DNA of 64,000 bases. Source: the human T2T-CHM13v2.0 reference genome, Homo sapiens. Positions 54,491 through 64,000 of this stretch are shown here, one piece after another (within the stretch, counting starts at the first letter, position 1; each line of letters opens with the position of its first letter). The notes under the pieces are model-generated. The model was not told the origin of the DNA. It saw nothing but the letters and a program-made list of their open reading frames with translations, and searched no databases. The stretch lies in the NCBI RefSeq assembly GCF_009914755.1, contig NC_060935.1. One strand, written 5' to 3'. The position numbers and the translations under genes were made by a program.

Positions 54491-54612
54491 ACAGGAATTT
54501 GACTCTTGCTTATCTCAATTAGCCTGAGGTAAAATTGGTTTCCTTACGTGCCATTTTGATTAAAGACGCCGTTTCCTAGAACCTCTCAGGGAGGTTAAGT
54601 GACGACTTACTG
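54491..54612 (+). mobile_element. MER6 3'-terminal fragment
   Basis: TCAATTAGCCTGAGGTAAAATTGGTTTC...GTTTCCTAGAACCT...GTTAAGTGACGACTTACTG; homologous to about 56850-56968. Confidence 0.8.
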
Positions 54613-54616
54613 TGTA

Positions 54617-55903
<1,287 letters not shown>

Positions 55904-56968
55904 CAGAGGGTCCTCAAATAATGTTTTTTGTTATAATGTCAATGAGAAAAAAAAAATCACTTTCTCTCCAGGTACTCTGGTTTCCTCCAACATCCCAAAG
56001 ATGTACATGTCACGTGAATTGGTGTGTCTATATGGTCACAGTCTTAGTGTGTGTGGAGGTGTTTGTGAGTCTACCCTCCCACGAGATAGAGCCCTGTCCA
56101 GGGCTGGTTTCTGCCTTACGCATGCGCTACAGGGACAGCTTCTACCACCTGGGACCCTAAACTAAAATAAAGGGGTTGAAAAATGAATGAATGGATACAA
56201 ATTATTGTAAAATAGAAATTCATAAAATATAATCATATAAATGCATGACAATTAACGGTGTAGTATTGTGGCAAGCGACGTCTCACTAACCCAAGCCTCC
56301 ATAACAACTGTTTCTGTACTGACTAAGTGGTTAAGTTAAATATTAAAAGCCCAATGCCCTTATACAGCGGCTAGGGTATAACAAAAGCTTACCAAGAGTT
56401 TTGCCTTGGCCTTAAAGCATGACAAAATAACCAAGGAATTCTTAATAGGACCGATTAGGATTAAACAAGTTTGATTGTGGCTCATCTGCATCTTGTTATT
56501 GGGCCATGAGAAATACCAGGCCGACCTTCAGTTTGGTCTGGGAACAGTATGAAAGTGCACAACAAGCCAGCCATGTTTATTACTGTTTGTTTTTGAACTG
56601 CATGGTGGTGAGAGATGCTCCTTACAACGTCCGCTTTGTAAAAATTTATTCATTGGTTTAACCCATCCCCACTACAACCGCCAGCACTCGACGATTCACC
56701 AAAATTGGGTAAATGATTATCTTACTTGTTTTTATTAATCTTTCTTAAACATATATGTAGACCACATTCAGCTCAATGTTTAATATTAGAAGTGTTTTTG
56801 GGTCTTTATGTAGACATTTGGTGATATTTTTGTGACCAGAAATACACTATAGAAACTTAACCCTTAATTATATAACTATGCTATGAAAAAATTGGTTTGT
56901 GATATGTCATTTTGCTTAAAAGCACAGTTTCCCAGAACTGACTGATGACATTAAATAGAAACTTACTG
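55904..56968 (+). mobile_element. MER6 TcMar-Tigger element, split by an LTR
   Basis: TA|CAGAGGGTCCTCAAATAATG...GGTACTCTGGTTTCCTCCAACATCCCAAAGATG...ACTTACTG|TA. Confidence 0.85.
56267..56546 (+). mobile_element. ERV1 solo LTR, LTR15-like, internally deleted
   Basis: TGTGGCAAGC...GTCTCACTAAC...GTGGTTAAGTTAAATATTAAAAGC...CAGTTTGGTCTGGGAACA; 4-bp TSD GTAT. Confidence 0.75.
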
Positions 56969-56970
56969 TA

Positions 56971-57290
56971 TTTATTTTGTGTGTTTTTGAACTTCATATG
57001 AAGGTCATCAAACAGTAAGTATTTTTTGTTCTTCATTTCTTTCCCTCACCACTATATCTGTAAAATCTATCTGTGTAGTTCCTTGCAGTTTGTAGCTGTA
57101 TCATTGCTGTGTATATTTTATTCATTTGTATGAATACATTTCAGAAGTGTTTTTGTAATCATAAGTGTAAATTATGTTGCATAATTTCCAAATTAAGTTG
57201 CATAGACACTACACCCCAGAATATTGTATTTAATGTGCATGAAGATTCTAAATAAATTGTTAATTTTCTGGGATCAATGATTACCTACAA
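56971..57290 (-). mobile_element. L1ME-type 3' fragment
   Basis: TTTTGAACTTCATATGAAGGTCATCAAACAGTAAGTATTTTTTG resembles antisense L1ME 3'UTR. Confidence 0.5.
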
Positions 57291-57949
57291 AATGTCATTA
57301 TTCATTGTCTTTCAGTGGAGAACAAACTGGGTACTTTCTTTTGAAAGACTTACACAAGTTCTAGCCACTGTGTTGATCTTTATTCTTTGTAATCAAGATC
57401 ATTTTCTTAATAAGGCAAGAAGAGAGGATAAGAGGGAGGCTGGTATTCTTCAGTGTAGCTAGTCAGCAAGAACCCTATTCTTTTGTTTGCCTTTTATTTT
57501 GGCGACTAAAAATTTTGATTTGTATGCTTATGTGTATTTGTTTTATAAAAATAATCTATTAGCATGCATAATAGATTAGTGCTCTCAGTAGTATTTTTTG
57601 TGAATTACATAGAAGAAATTTGGGAAATATTTTTCCAACTACCACATAATCAGAGTTGGATAAAAGTTCATACAAGAGAGGAAAAGAAAACAAATATTTC
57701 ATTATTTTTAGCTTGCAATGCTTTGAAAAAATCACATACTGTTGTAACTCTAAATAGATATAATATCAGACAGATTCCCCTTACTCTTTTTAGAGTAAGA
57801 TTGAGATTCCTTGGAGAACTTATTAAGGGAAGGATGTTGGGACAATTCAGTTGATGTGCTGCAGTTAATCCTGAGGTTGCGATTGATACTCATAATCTCT
57901 ATCCTTCACAACAATTTTAAATTCCCCTTTCCTTCAACTGGCAATTTTG

Positions 57950-59560
57950 CTGATTAGATAATTTGTCTGAAAAGGTAACCTAGACTCTTTCATAGGGTCT
58001 GAAATTCTGTCAAGGTATATTTATTAGTCCATGTACATTCCACTTGTTTATTTACAGTTTAAAATGGCTATAGAAGTAATAAGCGATACACCCGAAGATC
58101 TCCTGTGTGTTAAACATATTCTCCCCTATGCGCAGGAAAATCAGGGTTAGTAACCTTTACCATTAGAGTAACTTATCTTTGTGTCTGCTGGTCTAGTGGC
58201 ACAAGGAACCCATAGTGATTCAGTGACAACTATAGCTTTGTGCTCAATGGGACTCTAAATATTTAGTGGCGAGAATTCCTTTTCTGGGAAATAGGACATC
58301 ACGAGCCCGGTGTTTCTAAAGATGACAAGCACAAATCCCTTAATGGATTATTGGGAAAGATGGTGAAGATATCAAACTTCCCGCTTTTGTTCTCCAGACC
58401 CATGCATCCTACTATATAAAAGTCATTGCTTTAAAATATATAGTGAATACTCAATCATAGTGCCCCACCTTTGCCTGCAGTCATCTTCAAGCTGGTATTC
58501 AGCATTTTTCAGCATCATGGTCTACTTTTTGTTTAAAGTAGTCAGTTGCAAAAATCAGCGTTGACATATTGGCAGTGGTTAATGCCTTATCTCCTTGTTC
58601 AGAGCCAGATTACAGATCTGGGAGGAAATCATGTAAATGGACTATAGTATCTATTGAGCCATAGTTGCAATATGTGGCAAGGCTGCATTTACCACAGATG
58701 GGGCCTATTTTCCTGCCCTGCAGCACACTCAAAACTAGCAGCCTTTCACATAATCCAACAACAGGTCAGAACCCCATTTTAAAATATGAAAGGTGCTCAC
58801 CCCAAAATCTGAAGAAGCCTAACAATTAACGAGATTTCATCTTCATGTAATGTCATGAAGGTGCAATAAACCATCCTTTATTTTGGAAGAAGTGTCACAA
58901 TATGCCCTAGACCACTAGACCTCTAAATATTTTAATGTGGCTCCTTGAATCAGTGTAGGTTTTATCTTTCCCCCTTTGAAGTACATGTGTCTTATGATGA
59001 TCTCAAAAGTACTGGCTGTATCTTGTTCATTTGGCCCAACAAACACAATGTCAAAAATAAAAGCAGATCAGTGTGATGTTCTAATAGAATGCCCAAAGGG
59101 TCCAGATACCTCCAAATTATATTCTAGTAGAGGTTGGGGAAAAAGCCTGGAACAAGATCATAAATATGTTATGTTTTCTACCTCATGAGTGCAAAATGCT
59201 TTTGGTCCTTCATTCGGATGGGGACAAAAATAGTGTATTCTCTTTATCACTGGTCACATAAGGTGACAGGTGCTGTGCTAATTTGCTGTAACAAAAATAC
59301 CACATCTGCCAAGCAGTGCAAATAAATTTACTACCTGGTTGAGTTTGCAGTAGTCCACTGTTATCTCTCTAGATCATTCTTGGAGTTTGAAGAAGTCAGA
59401 CAAGTATAATAAATGAATATTTGATGGGAACCACCACCCTTACATCCTTTGGTCTTTAAGATTGACATAAATTTTTGCTCTTCCTCCTGGAATACAATGT
59501 TGCTTTTTTATTTTCTGTATTACTGGATATGGGGAGCAGTTTCAAGAATTTCCTGCTTAC
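57950..59560 (-). mobile_element. ERVL internal remnant (pol RT and downstream region)
   Basis: Minus strand near 59331-59360 translates TVDYCKLNQV and near 59480-59505 KQHCIPGG, matching ERVL RT (KQYRIPGG...TVDYRKLNQV); heavily disrupted. Confidence 0.75.
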
Positions 59561-59596
59561 CCTACCACCAGTGATAATAATTTCTATAATTTCTAT

Positions 59597-60078
59597 AGCT
59601 TAGGTCAGGTTTCTAAAAAAAAAAAAAAGAAAGAAAGAAAGAAAAAAAAGCATCTAACCTGGGAATTTTTTTTCAAAGATTTAGGAAATGCTCTCAAGGA
59701 GAATGGGTGTGGAATGAGGGAAGGAAGATTGGGTAGAGGGTAAAAAGCTAAGCAGGTATTGTCTAGGAGGTATCAGGCTAGTTTTAGTGGGATCTCATAG
59801 GAAAGATCTGGAGCATGACTTGCACATGTAATCCCCTGTTGTTTCAAGGGAGTGGGCTTTTAGTACAGGTATGTTTGTCAATCACCAGCCACAGGCTGCT
59901 TACTGTGATAAGTGGGAGCATAATCTCCAGAGTTAGGCAGCTCCTATTTGACCAAGGAAAGTTCTTTGGAGAAGAAGGAAACTGGTCTATATGAGCAGGC
60001 AGTATTCTAGGCAACATGAAGATGGGTGCACTGCCACAGTTAAAGGAATCTTGACAAAGCACCAATAGTATCCAGTAC
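59597..60078 (-). mobile_element. ERVL LTR, LTR41-like
   Basis: TTAGGTCAGGTTTCT...GGAAATGCTCTCAAGGAG...ATCTGGAGCATGA...CACCAATAGTATCCAGTACA. Confidence 0.6.
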
Positions 60079-60115
60079 AAGATTTCAAACATCAATCATG
60101 TTGTTGATGCACTGC

Positions 60116-60323
60116 AGGTGTAATCAGTTAGAGTTTACAGTGTGATAACAACTACATTCCAAACCCAATAACACAGCAACAACATTTCTTTATTTATCAT
60201 ATTTCATTTCAACTCTTGGTGAACCTATGGCTTTTTTCCTTTCTAACAGGATCCAGGTTGGATAAAATATTACCGGGCTTGGACAAACAGGCAGAAGAAA
60301 AGAACTGAAACAATTGCTTTTGT

Positions 60324-60373
<50 letters not shown>

Positions 60374-61250
60374 GGTTTGAAATTCTGAAGAGATTTCTGA
60401 AATTCTGAAGGATTCCACCCTCCCACCATCTGCCCCACCTTCCTTCCCCTCTCCCCGCTTCTTTTTCTCCACCCTTGATCTGTTCTAGGGTAGACAATCC
60501 TCAGTATGATGTTCTGCATGGCCCTTGGCTCTGATCCTCTTATAGGTACTTTTCTTTCCCACTATCTTCATTGGCTACATCTGATTTTGGAGACTCTTCT
60601 TTCCCCAGAGTCTGAGAAGCTCTTTCGCTCTGTTTCCTGGTCATAGGAAACTGGGTGCCCCAAGGGTTATTTCACATTTTTTAACAGTCACAAATTCTTT
60701 TGGTCTAGGATGTTGGTTATTTTAACAGTTAAACTTTTCAAAAGCAATAGTGGGCTTTAAATTTATTTGATTACAATCTACCACAGGTACTGATAATCAT
60801 ACCAATAATTCTTTATAAGATTTTTTTCTTCCCTCTGGGCTTAAATGCTGTTATGTTGAGCCTATGAAGCTTCTAACAGATATGTTAGTCTTAAGCCATT
60901 TTGTTTAATTGAAAGGGATGAATCAATGCAACATTAGTAGGTGTTTGTTTTTAATGTTTTAATAGACATAACCTTGATATGATTCGTGCTTGAGGCTGAA
61001 TTTTAATTGTTTTTTTGTTGTTGCTCAAGGCCTTCATAGTTTATCTTTTACCAGTTGGAGTTGAGAAACAGTTCTATTTTCTAATTCTGCAAATTCTGGC
61101 CTTTGCTAGATTTCTGTGCTGCTTTTTATGTTTGAGAAGTGGTCTAATGGTTCCTGAACTCATCTTTTTCTAGGAATACTTGTCAATACATAGCAATAAT
61201 AATCAAATAATGTTAACAACATACTAGTTTTCCTTTTACTCCCTTAAATT
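60116..61250 (-). mobile_element. Probable old MLT1 LTR and MaLR internal remnants
   Basis: TGTAATCAGTTAG...AACAACATTTCTTTATTT and CCTTGGCTCTGATCCTC...TTTGGTCTAGG are MLT1-like; very degenerate. Confidence 0.35.
60325..60373 (+). repeat. (TATC)n tetranucleotide STR, about 12 units
   Basis: Direct reading. Confidence 0.95.
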
Positions 61251-62197
61251 CACAAGTCAATTAAAGAAAAGCATTAGCAGACCTTGAGTCATTTATTATA
61301 GGGATTGAATTGATCCCTCACAGGGCTGCAGTCTCTGAGAGAGTTGGATTATTTCCTAGGTCATCATTACTCTTACGGTATAGACCCTATAGAATCTCAT
61401 CCTAAATTGTGGGGAGTTTACAAGTGTATCCCCTCCATAAGGAGCAAAGGACTCCAATATTTGTTCCCATTAGCCCTGCAACTATGAATATCCTACCAAC
61501 ATAGATGGTTTCTAATGTGTTCAGTAAATAATAATTCCATTTTGTATAATGTAAGTATGCATGTATGAATGTATTGACTGGCTGATTTAAAGATCCTTTG
61601 TGCCCTATGTAGAATTTCTGTGGTTTTACTTGTCTCTCTTCATCCTTTTTTATATATTCTACAATACTAGTAAAAGGGCTTAATTTCAGGACAGAAACAC
61701 CTCTCATAATGAGATACCAGTTCTCTATGCTTGTGGTTACTTTTTTAAAATCATATTTTGCCTCTTTGCATGTTTTCTCCTTTACTATTTTTATGATTTA
61801 GAAAGCAATTGCTCAGTATTTTTTTATTTCTTATTTTCTTTCATTGCTTCAAATCTTGACAGAAAGGCATGCATTTTTAAATGACTCAATTTTGTTTGCC
61901 TGCTTTCATCAGTTTAAAAACATTAAGTCCAAATTGGCATTTCCTTCTCTTTTACATATTATTTTTGTCATTACTATTCTAAGTTCAAATGTGTTTAATG
62001 TTGTTAGTATAAAATTTTGTTATAATTTCTCTTTTTTTTTCATAGTGGAAAATTTCAACTTGTAGCTTTTCTTTTAAAAAACTTTCAGTCATTGGATATG
62101 TGTGAGCGTGAGATAACTTCATTTTCTATTTTAAATATGTTATTTATCCAAACAAAACAACTTCATGAAGTTTAAATAGAATGCACAATTATCACGA

Positions 62198-62741
62198 TGT
62201 TAAAGTATGCCCCTGGCCAACAGACAAAATGGGCTCCCTGTGGCTAACTGAGGTGCTTGACATTAAAACAGAATCTGGTGGCCAAAGCTGGGTGTGGGAG
62301 CAATCAAATACTCTGTCCTAGGAAAGATATTTTAAAAGTGGCACAGGACCTTCCTTTCTACAATCAAGTAAAACCAGTTCCGGTTGTGAGTGCCATGATA
62401 AACTGTAGCTGGAATAACCGCCCTCCATCCCCAAACAATGGCCTTTCAAAGAAATACCTGACAGAGACTTCTTGTTTTGGGCTTGGAAACCACCCAATCA
62501 GGGCTAAACACTTTGGACCAATCACAATTAAACAAGTTCGATCACTTTTTTTTGCATAAACAGACCTGATAGAGGACTGGGGTGAGAACTTTCCCTATTT
62601 AAACCAGACCCTTCCTTAGTTCCTTAGAGAGCACACTTTCACTTCTACTAGAGGTTGTGTCTCCCTAATCTGCAGATTGTTTCTTGATAGAAAATAGGGC
62701 TCTCTCTTTTTCCTCTGCAGTTCTCAGTCTTTTTGTTAACA
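62198..62741 (+). mobile_element. ERV1-class solo LTR (MER89/MER67-like; family uncertain)
   Basis: TGTTAA...TTAACA termini, two CCAAT boxes, TATTTAAA; 4-bp TSD ACGA/ATGA (CpG decay). Confidence 0.7.
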
Positions 62742-63329
62742 ATGATATTCCAATTGCTAAAGTTGGGTTCTTCAGAAAAAAAAAATTAATAAAGCAACTA
62801 AAATTTAAAACCCATTAGGAATGTTAAATGTGCATAACAATACTCTTTCTATGACTAATCAATAACATTTTAAAATATGTTGTAAATGAGAAAAATTTTT
62901 CTCCTTTCTTGTATTTTATTTTGACTAAAAGTCTAAGATGAGGAATTGCTTTTATGGCCTATTGATTAATATATTTTCTTACTTTAGAAACTAGGAACTA
63001 AAACCTAGAGACAACAGATATCATATCTACGAAGGTCAGAGGGGTATATTCATTTTATTAAAAGATAAGATTTAAGAATCATACTTTGAAATAAATTTAA
63101 CACGTATTTCCTAATTTGTAGATTGCTTATTAAAGGGATCATTTGTGAAAATTAGATAAATAAATGTATAAAAGCTATGAGTGCTTACAATCTGTAAAGA
63201 GAATACTATTTTAATTTATAGAATTGACTATAATATTTAGAAGTATCTGTGTTACTATAAATAATTAGTTTAAAAATCAGACATGATATAATATGAATAG
63301 TTATTCATGCATTTAAAAGACTGGTTTAG

Positions 63330-63644
63330 GGCTGGGCTCAGTGGCTTATGCCTGCAATCCCAGCACTTTGCTAGGGAAAGATGGGAGGATGGCTTGAGCC
63401 CAGCAATTTGAGACCAGTCTGGGAAAACCATAGTGAGACTCTGTCTCTACAAAAAAATTAAAAAATAAGCCAAGCATGGTGGTGTGTGCCCATAGTCCCA
63501 GCCACTTGGGAGGCTGAGATAGGAAGAGACCTTGAGACCATGAGACCAGGGCTTCAGAGCCATTATTGTACTCCTGCACTCCAGCCTGAGTGACAGGGAG
63601 AGAAAGCCCCTGTTTCAAAAAAATGAAAAGTAAAAAAATAAAAA
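63330..63644 (+). mobile_element. AluJ
   Basis: GGAGGATGGCTTGAGCCCAG; A-rich tail; TSD TAAAAGACTGGTTTAG / TAAAAGACTAAATTAG. Confidence 0.9.
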
Positions 63645-63654
63645 TAAAAGACTA

Positions 63655-63830
63655 AATTAGTTGCTTAATTACTTTCAGCTTCTGTTTCTAGTTTGCAAAT
63701 TTGAGTTAAAAACACCAAAATTATAGGATCATTGTGAGAACTAAAAGTGGACTATAAGGTATCAGTAATTTACAAAAGTGATTGCTATTTATATAGTGCC
63801 TTCACCAATCTAGATCAATTGGCTAAGTAC
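63655..63830 (+). mobile_element. MIR fragment
   Basis: AGTTGCTTAATTACTTTCAGCTTCTGTTTC...ATAGGATCATTGTGAGAACTAAA. Confidence 0.5.
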
Positions 63831-64000
63831 TAAGTACAATCATGCTACAAAAAAAAAATGACAACAAAAACCTTGATATAGTTTTTATTTTAAAAATTGC
63901 TTTACTTTTTATATTGCCTTGTTCTTTTTCACACTGGACAGTGCCAGAGACATGAAGCTGCACTGTATGGTCCATTAGCCCATTCAAGAAGATCCTGTTT

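Noticed and set aside
57950-59560. Domesticated ERVL pol gene
   Set aside because: Only short motif remnants survive among many stops and frameshifts; no long ORF.

Overview
AT-rich, repeat-dense primate (human-like) genomic DNA that looks intergenic or deep-intronic. I find no credible host protein-coding exon: the ORFs with recognisable protein motifs are decayed L1 ORF2 pieces, and the rest are Alu read-throughs, microsatellite translations or unrecognised short frames. The window is a mosaic of transposon fossils: an L1PA7-like 3' half (1-2816), an L1PB-like insertion with a twin-priming 5' inversion inside an MLT1A LTR (18052-20678), about 16 Alu/FLAM copies, MaLR/ERVL/ERV1 LTRs, two ERVL internal remnants, a truncated MER61 provirus (48.9-54.5 kb, minus strand) with nested LTR8A and Alus, and DNA transposons (MER1A, MADE1, MER91A, MER58, MER102, Tigger3b, MER6). 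No new biological system is demonstrable from sequence alone. Best leads: (i) a CpG-retaining MER61A 5' LTR with a mutated poly(A) signal and an intact GCG|GTGAGT splice donor, a candidate promoter for a minus-strand lncRNA; (ii) a recursive-splice-type site (polypyrimidine-TAG|GTAAGT) on the same strand at 24.8 kb; (iii) a 9-nt microexon-like motif at 3242; (iv) several scars of local template switching or templated insertion. Repeat subfamily names come from recalled consensus sequences, not a database search, and boundaries without TSDs are approximate.
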